Assembly: GCA_033764315.1 (NCBI GenBank)
Contig: JANRJA010000205.1
Coordinates: 1-64,000 of the forward strand
Length of the DNA stretch: 64,000 bases
DNA from: Oculatellaceae cyanobacterium bins.114
GTDB taxonomy: Bacteria; Cyanobacteriota; Cyanobacteriia; Elainellales; Elainellaceae
Direction: 5' to 3'
In this document: positions 47,431 through 58,231 of the stretch, piece by piece
Numbering within the stretch: the first letter of the stretch is position 1
Layout of the letters: the number at the start of each line of letters is the position of its first letter
Made by a program: the position numbers and the translations under genes
Notes under the pieces: generated by a model
What the model was told of the DNA's origin: nothing
Database searches by the model: none
Seen by the model: the letters and a program-made list of their open reading frames with translations, nothing else

Positions 47431-47445
47431 GAGATCAAAAAATTT

Positions 47446-48237
47446 ATGCCAGTTGTTTCTTTGGCTCAATTACTAGAGTCAGGGGTTCACTTTGGGCACC
47501 AAACCCGACGGTGGAACCCGAAGATGTCCCCTTACATCTACACGTCTCGCAATGGCGTTCACATCATTGACCTGGTGCAAACCGCTCAATTGATGGAAGA
47601 AGCCTACACCTACATGCGAACGGCTTCCGAACAGGGCAAGAAGTTTTTATTCATCGGCACCAAGCGTCAAGCGGCAGGTATTGTCGCTCAAGAGGCTTTA
47701 CGCTGCGGTTCATACTTCGTGAATCAACGCTGGTTAGGTGGAATGCTCACAAACTGGGCAACCATCAAAACTCGAGTCGATCGCCTTAAAGAGCTAGAGC
47801 GTCGTCAAGAAACAGGTGTGCTTGACCTGCTGCCTAAGAAGGAAGCGTCTGTTTTACGCCGTGAATTGGAGAAATTGCAAAAGTATCTCGGTGGCATTAA
47901 GGCAATGCGAAAGCTGCCTGATGCTGTTTTGATCGTGGATCAACGCCGCGAATACAATGCTGTTCAAGAATGCCAAAAGCTAGGAATTCCAATTGTGTCG
48001 TTGTTAGATACAAATTGTGATCCAGATACGGTAGATATTCCGATTCCTGCCAACGATGATGCTATCCGGTCGATTAAGCTTATAGTAGGTCGTCTGGCAG
48101 ATGCCATTTATGAGGGTCGCCACGGTCAACTCGAAGCCGAAGAAGACTACGATGACTACGAAGGCTCTGAGGAAGAGTTTGACTACGACGATAGCGACTT
48201 CCCAGATGAGGAAGACGAGGAAGCGACGGAAGAATAA
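47446..48237 (+). CDS. rpsB: 30S ribosomal protein S2
   Basis: [46 protein letters not shown] before ATG 47446. Confidence 0.99.
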   Translation: MPVVSLAQLLESGVHFGHQTRRWNPKMSPYIYTSRNGVHIIDLVQTAQLMEEAYTYMRTASEQGKKFLFIGTKRQAAGIVAQEALRCGSYFVNQRWLGGMLTNWATIKTRVDRLKELERRQETGVLDLLPKKEASVLRRELEKLQKYLGGIKAMRKLPDAVLIVDQRREYNAVQECQKLGIPIVSLLDTNCDPDTVDIPIPANDDAIRSIKLIVGRLADAIYEGRHGQLEAEEDYDDYEGSEEEFDYDDSDFPDEEDEEATEE

Positions 48238-48354
48238 GGTATTTTTAGGACGGGGTAAGAGCTAAGAGTTTAATGTTTGACTTTTATCCCGTCTTACTTA
48301 GAACTCTTAAATTCTTACCCAATCAAAACTAATCTCAGAGTGGGACTTAACACG

Positions 48355-49017
48355 ATGGCAGAAATATCACCAAAGCTTGTTAAAGAACTGCGCGATAAGA
48401 CAGGCGCAGGGATGATGGACTGCAAAAAAGCTCTCCAGGAAACGGGGGGTGATATCAGTAAAGCAATGGATTGGTTGCGACAGAAGGGGATTACCTCTGC
48501 TGAGAAAAAATCTGGCAAGATTACCGCTGAGGGTTTAATCGAGAGCTATATCCACACGGGTGGTCGAGTCGGTGTTTTAGTAGAAATTAACTGCCAGACT
48601 GACTTTGTGGCACGCAACCAAGCCTTTAAAGAATTGGCTCGCAACGTTGCGATGCAAATTGCGGCTTCTCCTAACGTTGAATATGTTCGGGTAGAAGATA
48701 TTCCGCCTGAGGTCGTGAGCAAAGAAAAAGAAATTGAAATGGGTAGGGATGACCTTGGCAATAAGCCCCAAAACATTCGTGAAAAGATTGTCGAAGGGCG
48801 AATTGAAAAGCGTTTGAAGGATCTGGCTCTGCTCGATCAACCCTATGTTAAAGATCAAACTATCACTGTGAGTGAGCTGATCAAACAAAACATTGCTCAG
48901 TTGGGTGAAAATATCCAGATTCGTCGATTCTCTCGCTTTATTTTGGGTGAAGGGATCGAGAAGGCAGAAACCGACTTTGCCGCAGAAGTGGCTGCTCAAA
49001 CTGGGGCATCGGTTTAA
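48355..49017 (+). CDS. tsf: Elongation factor Ts (short form)
   Basis: [34 protein letters not shown] at 48355. Confidence 0.99.
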   Translation: MAEISPKLVKELRDKTGAGMMDCKKALQETGGDISKAMDWLRQKGITSAEKKSGKITAEGLIESYIHTGGRVGVLVEINCQTDFVARNQAFKELARNVAMQIAASPNVEYVRVEDIPPEVVSKEKEIEMGRDDLGNKPQNIREKIVEGRIEKRLKDLALLDQPYVKDQTITVSELIKQNIAQLGENIQIRRFSRFILGEGIEKAETDFAAEVAAQTGASV

Positions 49018-49297
49018 CCGTTTGATTGGGCTCATACCTTGATTGAGTCTGTGCTGTAGTAACCATGCCCCAATTGAGCGTGCTGCTTTGCCGACAACAA
49101 GGTCAGATGTACGATCGCCTATTAAGAACTCTTGATTTGTAAGGTGCGTTAGTTTGGAGACTGAGTGTTGAAGAGAGAGAGTCCAACGATCGCGTGTGGC
49201 TTTATTTTCTTTTCTATGCTCAGTCTTTTGCCATCGCCTCTGATCCACCTTTTACCCATCAGTATCTTGTCCAATAAAATAGGTATAGTTTGAAGCT

Positions 49298-50371
49298 ATG
49301 ACACGAGCAGTTGAACATATTGAGCGTGACATTGCTGCTTTGGAGCAATCTGTGGCTGCGATCGCTCAAGACCTTCACACTACCTATAGCGATTACTTAA
49401 CCGATTTAGGACAAGCGGTAAAACGTCAGCTTGTTTTGGCGGCATACCATATTTGTACTCAAGGATATCCTGATCGGTTTCTCACCCTCTCACTGAGCCA
49501 GCGGCAAGAGTTGCAACAGACGTTGAAGCAGTTGGCTCAACGGGCTCAAACTCAGTTAGTGAACCGATTAAGGTCATTTGACGAGATTCATCTGCCTCCT
49601 GAGGAAGACCTGTCAGAGCATGAACTTTCAGAACCTGAATTGTCTTATGAGGAACTGGCGGATGATGACTTGTCAGATGACGACTTAGACGAAGAGTTAG
49701 ACGATGAAGAACAGTTAGATGAGGAGCGTCTAAGGGAAGCGTTATTACGGGATGGGGCTTTAACGGGTGAGATTTCAGGAACTTTCTTTACGGTAGGCGA
49801 TCGCTCATCTGGGGAGAGTCAAGCCAGGTTTGAGTGGTCTGAGACCTCAGATTTGCATGATTCGGCTCTGCATGAGGCATCAATGGCCCATGACTTCCCA
49901 CCAGCCCAAAAAGTTGACGCGGCTCAAGCCATTGCTGATCCGAGATGGGTGGTGAGTTGGCAAGAAAACCTGGAGAAGGGAATTGCAACTGTGTTGCAGA
50001 CGCTGTCTTATGCGGCTAATCAGTTACTCCAAGAAAGCGACATTTTGCCAACAAAGTTAGCCCAACCGATTCTTGAGGTGGCGGCAAAGGCAGGAGCAGA
50101 GATTGCTTCTGGCCCTCCCAATCTTTTGAACTTACTGATTGAGTCAGAGGGCGATGGTAAAACAGCGTCTAAAATGACTCATATCATGACCATTCGACTG
50201 CGGTTGTCTGAGATTGAATTCGCTGACCCCACATTAGGAGCCTGGCGATCAAAAATTCGAGGGGTATTGGCTCGCCTTAATCAGGTCGGGCGAGACTATC
50301 AAAAGAAACATCGAGAGAAGGCGATCGCCACAGCAGAAGCGGCTTGGCGTTCAACCTGGTTTGATGATTGA
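49298..50371 (+). CDS. Cyanobacterial hypothetical coiled-coil protein with acidic insertion
   Basis: QLVLAAYHICTQGYP, LRLSEIEFAD, AEAAWRSTW, with a D/E-rich low-complexity middle. Lies upstream of recG. Confidence 0.85.
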   Translation: MTRAVEHIERDIAALEQSVAAIAQDLHTTYSDYLTDLGQAVKRQLVLAAYHICTQGYPDRFLTLSLSQRQELQQTLKQLAQRAQTQLVNRLRSFDEIHLPPEEDLSEHELSEPELSYEELADDDLSDDDLDEELDDEEQLDEERLREALLRDGALTGEISGTFFTVGDRSSGESQARFEWSETSDLHDSALHEASMAHDFPPAQKVDAAQAIADPRWVVSWQENLEKGIATVLQTLSYAANQLLQESDILPTKLAQPILEVAAKAGAEIASGPPNLLNLLIESEGDGKTASKMTHIMTIRLRLSEIEFADPTLGAWRSKIRGVLARLNQVGRDYQKKHREKAIATAEAAWRSTWFDD

Positions 50372-50416
50372 TGGGTATGATGCACGGATGGGTTGATTAG
50401 CATTTGATGAGTCACG

Positions 50417-52963
50417 ATGGATTGGTTGCGCTTGCAGAAAGCACTGTCAGTAGAGGCCGAACGAGGCTTCAACGATTTGCTGGGCAATCAATATCGCTTT
50501 AGTGAGTTTCTCAGCCTTAGCTTTAGTCGCCCGCCAACCGACATTCCCGTTTCAGAGCAGCGTCGCTTTCAAGAGATCGGGGAGCGGTTTGCTGGCTATG
50601 CGGAGATGACATTTGCTCAACGGCAGCATTTAGTCGCTGAGGCAAGACGAACGCTCTATCAAACGCAGCGATCTTTAGAGGAAAAGAGTGTTGAAAAGTC
50701 TAATGCTGCTAAGGCTAGGCTAAGTGCAGAAACCCCTTTAGCTTTAGAGTCTAACACCGAGTCGAGATCACAGCAGGGACAATCTCCTGCTTCTACAGTC
50801 ACTCTCAGCACCCCTGGCAAGTTGCCTCGCACCGCCCCACTGGTTGACTCTAATCGCAAACTTGAACTTGATCAGGCTGTGACCTACTTGCCAGGAGTTG
50901 GGGCAAAGAATAGCGATCGCTTGAGTAAGTTGGGGTTGGTAACGGTGCGCGATTTGCTCTATTACTACCCGCGTGACCACATCGACTATGCTCGTCAGGT
51001 TAACATTCGTGATCTAGTCGAAGGGCAAACTGTCACTTTAATTGCTACGGTTAAACGCTGTACTTGCTTCAACAGTCCCAAAAATCCCAAGCTGACTATT
51101 TTAGAAGTCTTAGTGCGCGATCACACCGGGCAGATCAAATTGAGTCGCTTCTTTGCGGGTAGTCGCTATCAAAATCGAGGCTGGCAAGAACAACAAAAAC
51201 GACTGTATCCGATTGGGGCAGTGGTGGCGGCATCGGGGTGGGTCAAAAAAAGTAAGTTTGGTATGACCCTGGATGATCCGCAAATTGAAGTGATTGATCA
51301 CCTGGGAGCCTCGATTGAGTCGATGAAAGTGGGGCGAGTGGTGCCTGTTTATCCTTTAACAGAGGGGGTGCCTGCTGATGTGGTGCGAAAGGCTGTTTTG
51401 TCTGCTTTGCCTGCTGCGGCGCAACTTCAGGAACCTTTACCTGATGCGCTGCGCGAGAAATATGGCTTGATTGGGCTACAGGAGGCGATCGCCCATATCC
51501 ACTTTCCCCCCAGTGGTGAGGCACTGGATTTGGCGCGGCGACGGCTTGTGTTTGATGAATTCTTTTATTTGCAATTGGGTCTGCTGAAACGACGCTTGCA
51601 CCAGCAACAGCAACAAACGAGTGTTGTACTAACACCAGCAGGTCAGCTGATTGACCAGTTCTATACCATTCTGCCGTTCCAGTTCACGTCAGCCCAGTAT
51701 CGGGTTGTAAATGATATCCTCAACGATTTGCAGAAGCCCGTGCCAATGAATCGATTGGTGCAGGGCGATGTTGGGTCAGGTAAAACCGTGGTGGCAGTGG
51801 TGGCGATTTTGGCAGCGATCCAGGCGGGTTATCAAGCCGCATTGATGGCTCCGACCGAGGTTCTTGCAGAGCAGCACTATCGCAAACTCGTGACCTGGTT
51901 TAACCAGTTGCATTTGCCGGTGGAGTTGCTGACGGGTTCCACTAAAACTGCCAAACGACGACAACTCTTAGCTGAGTTAAAAACGGGAGAACTGCCATTG
52001 TTGGTGGGCACCCATGCCTTGATCGAAGACCCCGTCCAGTTTCAACAATTGGGATTGGTCGTGATTGATGAACAGCATCGCTTTGGAGTGGGACAACGCG
52101 CCCGATTGCAGCAAAAGGGTGACCATCCTCATGTGTTGACAATGACGGCCACACCGATTCCTCGAACGCTGGCGTTAACCATTCACGGTGATCTAGATGT
52201 CAGTCAGATTGATGAATTGCCTCCTGGACGCAAAGCCATTCAAACCACAATGCTGACAGGGAGCGATCGCCAACATGCCTATGACTTGATTCGTCGAGAG
52301 ATCGCCAAAGGTCGCCAGGTGTATGTGGTGCTGCCATTGGTAGAGGAGTCTGAAAAACTCGATTTGCGATCGGCGATCGAGGAATACGAGCGTCTGCGGG
52401 AAACGGTCTTTCCTGAGTTCAACATTGGTCTGTTACATGGCCGCATGACCTCGGTTGAGAAAGACGAAGCTATTACTCAATTTCGCGACAATCAAACCCA
52501 GATTCTTGTTTCCACGACGGTTGTCGAAGTGGGGGTGGATGTTCCCAATGCCTCAGTCATGCTGATTGAACATGCAGAACGCTTTGGTTTGTCCCAACTT
52601 CATCAGTTGCGGGGGCGTGTTGGACGAGGAGCCGAGCAATCGTATTGCTTGTTGATGAACAGCAGCAAAAGTGAAACGGCTCGCCAACGACTCAATGTGT
52701 TAGAGCAGTCACAAGATGGCTTCTTTATTTCAGAAATGGACATGCGCTTTCGCGGCCCCGGCGAAGTTTTGGGCACCCGTCAATCGGGATTGCCTGATTT
52801 TGCGCTGGCAAGTCTTGTCGAAGATCAAGCTGTGTTGGAACTGGCACGCGAAGCCGCAGAGAAAGTGTTGGAAAAAGATCCGCGCCTCGATCGCTGGTCA
52901 TTGATGAAAGCAGAATTGGACTATCGCTATCGACGCTTGATGGGAGGAACAATTTTGACGTAG
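50417..52963 (+). CDS. recG: ATP-dependent DNA helicase RecG
   Basis: QGDVGSGKT, DEQH, MTATPIPRTL, QLHQLRGRVGRG, RGPGE. Confidence 0.98.
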   Translation: MDWLRLQKALSVEAERGFNDLLGNQYRFSEFLSLSFSRPPTDIPVSEQRRFQEIGERFAGYAEMTFAQRQHLVAEARRTLYQTQRSLEEKSVEKSNAAKARLSAETPLALESNTESRSQQGQSPASTVTLSTPGKLPRTAPLVDSNRKLELDQAVTYLPGVGAKNSDRLSKLGLVTVRDLLYYYPRDHIDYARQVNIRDLVEGQTVTLIATVKRCTCFNSPKNPKLTILEVLVRDHTGQIKLSRFFAGSRYQNRGWQEQQKRLYPIGAVVAASGWVKKSKFGMTLDDPQIEVIDHLGASIESMKVGRVVPVYPLTEGVPADVVRKAVLSALPAAAQLQEPLPDALREKYGLIGLQEAIAHIHFPPSGEALDLARRRLVFDEFFYLQLGLLKRRLHQQQQQTSVVLTPAGQLIDQFYTILPFQFTSAQYRVVNDILNDLQKPVPMNRLVQGDVGSGKTVVAVVAILAAIQAGYQAALMAPTEVLAEQHYRKLVTWFNQLHLPVELLTGSTKTAKRRQLLAELKTGELPLLVGTHALIEDPVQFQQLGLVVIDEQHRFGVGQRARLQQKGDHPHVLTMTATPIPRTLALTIHGDLDVSQIDELPPGRKAIQTTMLTGSDRQHAYDLIRREIAKGRQVYVVLPLVEESEKLDLRSAIEEYERLRETVFPEFNIGLLHGRMTSVEKDEAITQFRDNQTQILVSTTVVEVGVDVPNASVMLIEHAERFGLSQLHQLRGRVGRGAEQSYCLLMNSSKSETARQRLNVLEQSQDGFFISEMDMRFRGPGEVLGTRQSGLPDFALASLVEDQAVLELAREAAEKVLEKDPRLDRWSLMKAELDYRYRRLMGGTILT

Positions 52964-52969
52964 AGGCAG

Positions 52970-53105
52970 GAGGTTGAGGGTAAGAGGGTAAGGTTTTGAA
53001 TTGTGAGTGTTGAGGTTTGAATTGAATCTCTTAACTCAATCCTCAAAACTGAGAACTCAAAACTGAGAACTCAACCCTCACCTCTGCTTTCTACTCTCCT
53101 TACTT
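52970..53105. repeat. Opposed STRR-like short repeats between convergent genes
   Basis: GAGGGTAA x2 and TTTTGAA/TTGTGAG units facing CTCAAAACTGAGAA x2. Confidence 0.6.
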
Positions 53106-53107
53106 CC

Positions 53108-54280
53108 CTAACGACCTCTAGCAGAAACGACACTCGGACGGGTCGCGGTTGTAGGGAAGAGTGCTCGAAAGGCTGCATCTCGATTGCCCAGGGTTTCATA
53201 GAAAAAGAATGAAACTCCTGCTAGTCGGCGATCGCGCACAGCTTGCACCTGACGAGCGATTTGCGCCATCTCCACAGGGCGGTTTCTGAGCCCAGTTAAA
53301 ATGCCAATTCCAACGGGGATGTGATTTTTGGCAAGGGTGATTTCGGGTCGCTCTAGTTCCATGACAAATCTCTCCAGGTCATTGCGGTAGACCTGAACAA
53401 TCAGTTCTTCGACCCAGCCGCGTCGTTCCCAAGTACCCCAATCTTGTAAGAAGGTGTCATAGGCGTAAGCTCTGGGGTTTGGAGATAACGCCACAATGCA
53501 CTCAGGATCACGCTGTTTGATCACCTCAAAAACTTGCGCCATCAAACGAGTAATCTGCTCCGATCGCCATTGCTTCCAGGCAGGATCTTGAGGATTATCT
53601 GGGGGCAGTTGTCCCTGTTGTTCTTGATAGAGCCGCACGGTATAGGGGTCATAGCCCAATTCCACAGGCATACCAAAGTGGTCATCAAGTTGCAGCCCAT
53701 CAACATCGTAACGGGTGACAATTTCACTGACCAAGTCCATGATGAATTGCTGCACTTCGGGATGCATGGGGTTTAACCAAACCCTGGGATCACTTCCCTC
53801 ATAGACAATCTGGCTACCATCACGGCGTTGTGTTAACCAATCGGGATGTAACTTTGCTAAATCTGAATCAGCTGGAGCCATCAACCCAAACTCAAACCAG
53901 GGAATGACTGTCATGCCCAGACGATGCCCCTGTTCGACGATCTCAGCTAACATATCTCGCCCCTGTAGACCCGGATGAGGGTCGAGGGAGTGCCCCGTAA
54001 CGTGTTGGGCGATCGCACTTGGGTAGAGGGTGTGGCCCCAGTTCCAAACGGTTGGGTAGACGGTGTTGAAGTTTAATCGACGGAGTCGCCTGAGAGCACG
54101 ACTCAAATTGCGCTGAGAAAATAAAACATCACTATCGATGTTGGTCAGCCAGACTCCACGCAATTCTGTAGATGTCGTAGAGATAGCAGGTTGAGCGTTA
54201 ATGGGGGTGTAATAGCCCGTAAAACTAACCAAAAGACTAATCACCAGTACGACTAGCCAAAACCGACGCTTTAAGTTCAC
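53108..54280 (-). CDS. Exported glycoside hydrolase-like family 10 protein (GHL10/DUF187)
   Basis: Signal peptide, ELRGVWLTN, PWFEFG, WLNPMHPEVQ, DGLQLDDHF. Confidence 0.92.
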   Translation of the reverse strand: MNLKRRFWLVVLVISLLVSFTGYYTPINAQPAISTTSTELRGVWLTNIDSDVLFSQRNLSRALRRLRRLNFNTVYPTVWNWGHTLYPSAIAQHVTGHSLDPHPGLQGRDMLAEIVEQGHRLGMTVIPWFEFGLMAPADSDLAKLHPDWLTQRRDGSQIVYEGSDPRVWLNPMHPEVQQFIMDLVSEIVTRYDVDGLQLDDHFGMPVELGYDPYTVRLYQEQQGQLPPDNPQDPAWKQWRSEQITRLMAQVFEVIKQRDPECIVALSPNPRAYAYDTFLQDWGTWERRGWVEELIVQVYRNDLERFVMELERPEITLAKNHIPVGIGILTGLRNRPVEMAQIARQVQAVRDRRLAGVSFFFYETLGNRDAAFRALFPTTATRPSVVSARGR

Positions 54281-54418
54281 AAGACTTCTATCGCTCCATC
54301 CATTGCTACCGATGGGGTTAAATCTACCTCAAATCTGCCCAAACCTTGCCAAAAGTCTGACAAAATAGTACTTATGTACTTATGCATCTAACTTGCACGT
54401 CTAACTTGCACGTCTAAC

Positions 54419-54820
54419 TCACGCTTCCTTGGGTAACAGTTCCATGATTTGATCGACAAATTTTTGATGATCTACCACAGGTTTAGAAATGTAACCGTCT
54501 GCTCCACTCTGCTTCAAAAAATTCTCGCGATCGCCCTCCATTGCATGAGCTGTCACCAAAATGATTGGCAAACCAGCCGTTTGAGGATCAGATTTCAACA
54601 TTTGGGTGATTTTAATGCCATCGACTGGTTTACCTTGGTAAACACTGTGGGATAGCGAGACATCCATCAAAATGATGTCTGCTTCTCCGGCTTGAGCGAT
54701 TTGCATGACCTCATCAACATTCTCGGTATGCTTTACTTCTAAGCCACCTCGCTTAGTCAAGATCTTAGAAAAGACACGAGCATTAATTAGGTCATCCTCC
54801 ACAATGAGAACAGTCTTCAT
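54419..54820 (-). CDS. Single-domain response regulator (DivK-like)
   Basis: VLIVEDD, ILMDVSL, VTAHAM, YISKP. Confidence 0.94.
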   Translation of the reverse strand: MKTVLIVEDDLINARVFSKILTKRGGLEVKHTENVDEVMQIAQAGEADIILMDVSLSHSVYQGKPVDGIKITQMLKSDPQTAGLPIILVTAHAMEGDRENFLKQSGADGYISKPVVDHQKFVDQIMELLPKEA

Positions 54821-55148
54821 TATTTCTTTCCTTAATTTATCTACATCATAGAATGAAGCTTTTTTAAGCCTTGCGGTTCGATACTACTGTGAAATTACTG
54901 TGAAATGTACATCAAACCCTGACTAAACCAGTTCTAAATAGAAAGATTTCATGGTTATACGAAAATTTTGCAAGATGTTTACAGACACCTTATATGGTTT
55001 AGCTGGATTATTGGATGTTACTTGAGAGTAATTTTGCAAGACACTTGCTCTAAAATTGCTATCCGCGATGCTGCTGATATCCCTTTTACCTCTACAGGAT
55101 AACCATAGGACGTGATTCAGATATTTCAAGGTCAGAGGAATTAAATTC

Positions 55149-57686
55149 ATGGCGAAACAGTTGAACCTTTCATCAGGACAAGTGGTAGCGACTGCATTAC
55201 ACACTGAGGTGCAGCGATCGTACCTGGAATATGCCATGAGTGTGATTGTGGGACGGGCATTACCCGATGTGAGAGACGGATTAAAGCCAGTCCACCGTCG
55301 TATCTTGTATGCGATGCACGAGTTAGGCTTAACCCCCGATCGTCCTTATCGTAAATGTGCTCGTGTTGTTGGGGATGTGTTAGGTAAATATCACCCCCAC
55401 GGGGATCAAGCGGTGTATGACGCTCTCGTGCGGATGGTACAGGAGTTTTCTAGTCGTTATCCTCTGTTGGCAGGGCATGGCAACTTTGGTTCGGTGGATG
55501 ACGATCCTCCGGCGGCAATGCGGTATACCGAGACACGGCTTGCCCCGATCGGCAATGAAGCCCTGCTGACTGAGATTGGGGAGGCAACGGTTGATTTCAT
55601 CGGTAACTTTGACAACTCCCAACAAGAACCGACCGTTCTTCCTGCCCAACTGCCGTTTTTGTTGTTGAACGGCTCTTCTGGAATTGCCGTTGGCATGGCA
55701 ACTAACATTCCACCGCACAACTTGAGTGAGGTGGTGGATGGGTTAATTGCGTTAATTGACCAACCTGACTTACCAGATGATGACTTGTTTGCCTTAATTC
55801 CTGGACCTGACTTTCCCACGGGAGGCGAGATCATCGGCATCGCTGGGATTCGTGAAGCTTACACAACTGGGCGAGGCAGCATTCCAGTACGGGGGGTCAC
55901 TCAGTTTGAAGAGATTCAGGGAGGTCGTGGACGGCACCGACGCACGGCGATTGTGATCACAGAATTGCCCTATCAGGTGAATAAGGCAGGGTTAATTGAA
56001 AAAATTGCTGAATTGGTGAATCAAGAACGCCTTGAAGGCATTGTGGATATTCGGGATGAGAGCGATCGCGAAGGCATGCGAGTGGTGATTGAGCTGCGCC
56101 GCGAAGCTAATCCTCAACGGGTGCTGCATCGGCTCTATAAACTGACCCCGTTGCAAAGCAATTTTGGGGCAATTTTATTGGCGTTGGCAGACGGACAACC
56201 GCGTCAAATGCCACTGCGAGAGTTGTTGCAACAGTTTCTCAGCTTTCGAGAGCAAACTCTGACTCGGCAATACAACTATGAACTCGAAAAAACCGATAAT
56301 CGAATTCACTTGCTGGAAGGGTTGCTGCGATCGCTGCAAAACTTGGATGCGGTCATTGATATTCTCCGTAATGCCCCCGATGGGAGTACTGCAAAAATCT
56401 TGCTGCGAGAGCAATTTGAGTTTAGCGATCGCCAAGCCGATGCCATTCTCGCGATGCCCTTGCGGCGTCTGACGGGCATGGAGCGTCAAAACCTGCAAAC
56501 TGAATATGACGAACTCACCAGCCGACGGCAAGAGTTACAACAATTGCTGACCAATCGCAAAGAGTTTCTCAAAGCACTCAAGAAAGATCTGCGGGCGTTG
56601 AAGCGGAAATATAACGATCCCCGACGCACCAAAATTCAATCGGCAGAGCGTTCAGAAGAAGCAGAAATCTTGGCAGAACGGGCAGAAGATGCGCGGATCG
56701 AACAACCAGTAGTGTTGGAATTTACCAATCGAGGATATATCCGACGTCTAACACCCAAAGTGTTTCAACGGCAACTGGAACGGCAGCAAGCTCAACCTCA
56801 GAAAACGTTGATTGAGACGGATGATTTTGTCACTCAGGCTGAGGCGGCGACAACCTTGCAAGAGTTGTTGGTGTTGACCCGCAGTGGTAAGGCATTCACC
56901 ATCAAAGTAGACGACATTCCTCAAACGCAAAAGCAATCAAAGGGAACTCCGCTGATCGCACTTCTGCCTCAAGCTGTTCAGGGCGATCGCGAAACCATCG
57001 TGACGCAATTGGTGTTGCCTCCTCAAGAAGAGCCAGGAGATCTGATTATCTTGACAGCACAAGGACGGATTAAACGATTACCGTTGTCAGAATTTGCCAA
57101 TTTGACAGGTCGAGGACTGACGGCTCTCAAGCTCAAAGACGACGACGAAGTCTGGATTACAACCCTGGCAAGACCGGGAGATCACCTCTTGTTGGCAACA
57201 TCGGGTGGACGAATGCTGAGGTTCAGAATTGATGATGAGCAACTACCGATTCTGAGTCGCACGGCTCAAGGTCAACCTGCCTTGCGTTTGGGCAAACAAG
57301 AACATTTGGTGGGGTGTGTCGCCCTAGCTCCGCAAGATTATTGTGTCTTGTTTACGACTCAAGGATTTGCTAAACAAATCCCAGGCACTGCTCTACGGTT
57401 GGCTCATCGGGGCGAGTTGGGAATGCAGGCAATCCAGTTTGTCAACAAAACAGATACGCTAGCGGCGATCGCTCCAGCGTTGTCAGGGGCTGAGTTAACT
57501 GTACTAACCAATGGAGATCGCATTGCTAAAGTGGCGATCGACGATATTCCTGTAGCTGGTAAAGAGGGTGGCGGGGGTCGCTTGCTCAAGCTGAACAAGG
57601 GTGAAAAAATCACTGATTTAACGATCGCCACATTAGCTGAAACAGACTCAGAGGATGACGAGGATCTAGATTCTTCAGAGGACTAG
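55149..57686 (+). CDS. Type IIA topoisomerase subunit A (GyrA paralogue lacking a clear GyrA-box, ParC-like)
   Basis: [30 protein letters not shown] (catalytic Tyr), degenerate beta-pinwheel C-terminal domain. Confidence 0.93.
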   Translation: MAKQLNLSSGQVVATALHTEVQRSYLEYAMSVIVGRALPDVRDGLKPVHRRILYAMHELGLTPDRPYRKCARVVGDVLGKYHPHGDQAVYDALVRMVQEFSSRYPLLAGHGNFGSVDDDPPAAMRYTETRLAPIGNEALLTEIGEATVDFIGNFDNSQQEPTVLPAQLPFLLLNGSSGIAVGMATNIPPHNLSEVVDGLIALIDQPDLPDDDLFALIPGPDFPTGGEIIGIAGIREAYTTGRGSIPVRGVTQFEEIQGGRGRHRRTAIVITELPYQVNKAGLIEKIAELVNQERLEGIVDIRDESDREGMRVVIELRREANPQRVLHRLYKLTPLQSNFGAILLALADGQPRQMPLRELLQQFLSFREQTLTRQYNYELEKTDNRIHLLEGLLRSLQNLDAVIDILRNAPDGSTAKILLREQFEFSDRQADAILAMPLRRLTGMERQNLQTEYDELTSRRQELQQLLTNRKEFLKALKKDLRALKRKYNDPRRTKIQSAERSEEAEILAERAEDARIEQPVVLEFTNRGYIRRLTPKVFQRQLERQQAQPQKTLIETDDFVTQAEAATTLQELLVLTRSGKAFTIKVDDIPQTQKQSKGTPLIALLPQAVQGDRETIVTQLVLPPQEEPGDLIILTAQGRIKRLPLSEFANLTGRGLTALKLKDDDEVWITTLARPGDHLLLATSGGRMLRFRIDDEQLPILSRTAQGQPALRLGKQEHLVGCVALAPQDYCVLFTTQGFAKQIPGTALRLAHRGELGMQAIQFVNKTDTLAAIAPALSGAELTVLTNGDRIAKVAIDDIPVAGKEGGGGRLLKLNKGEKITDLTIATLAETDSEDDEDLDSSED

Positions 57687-57706
57687 AAAACGCAAACTAA
57701 GGTGTG

Positions 57707-57904
57707 CTAGCTTGCAACTACTTCCTTTTGCAAAAAGGGATGCAGTTTAGAGTAGTGGGCAAATAGGGCGATCGCCTCAGACTCATTTTCAACAGGGTGT
57801 TGCACCCTTATGCCATCTTCAAAGGTGATGACAAGACACAAGCGAGATCGAGCACGACTCTTACGTGCTCCGGTCAATAATCTTTTTTGAGTAACTAGCA
57901 TCAT
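57707..57904 (-). CDS. Small hypothetical protein (65 aa)
   Basis: Intergenic ORF with ATG start and no overlap, convergent with the topoisomerase gene. Protein-like composition but no recognised motif. Confidence 0.55.
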   Translation of the reverse strand: MMLVTQKRLLTGARKSRARSRLCLVITFEDGIRVQHPVENESEAIALFAHYSKLHPFLQKEVVAS

Positions 57905-58231
57905 CGTTCTTGGTAAAGTATCTTAATCAAGTAATCTTATGAAGAAATGTAAATACACCCTGATTAAGAATCCAACTTGCCCGAAAGCAAGTCCTTCATC
58001 TAGTGTTGTGCTATCAGATTCAATCTTACTGAGCCGCTCCCCTAGAAAAGCTCTGACTCAGTACTGAGACTCCAGTACTCAAAAGGTAGATTTTGATTCA
58101 GTAATATACCTAAGCCACGAGAAGCAATGCCCTTTGGGTCAGGGTAAGCCGAACAATCTTTGAGTCGTGAGCCGAGCCAACCCGCCAAGAATACGAGAAA
58201 ATAAGCTGAATTTAACGGGGTGAAATGAGCC

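Noticed and set aside
48577-49248. 223-aa minus-strand ORF
   Set aside because: Antisense shadow of tsf.
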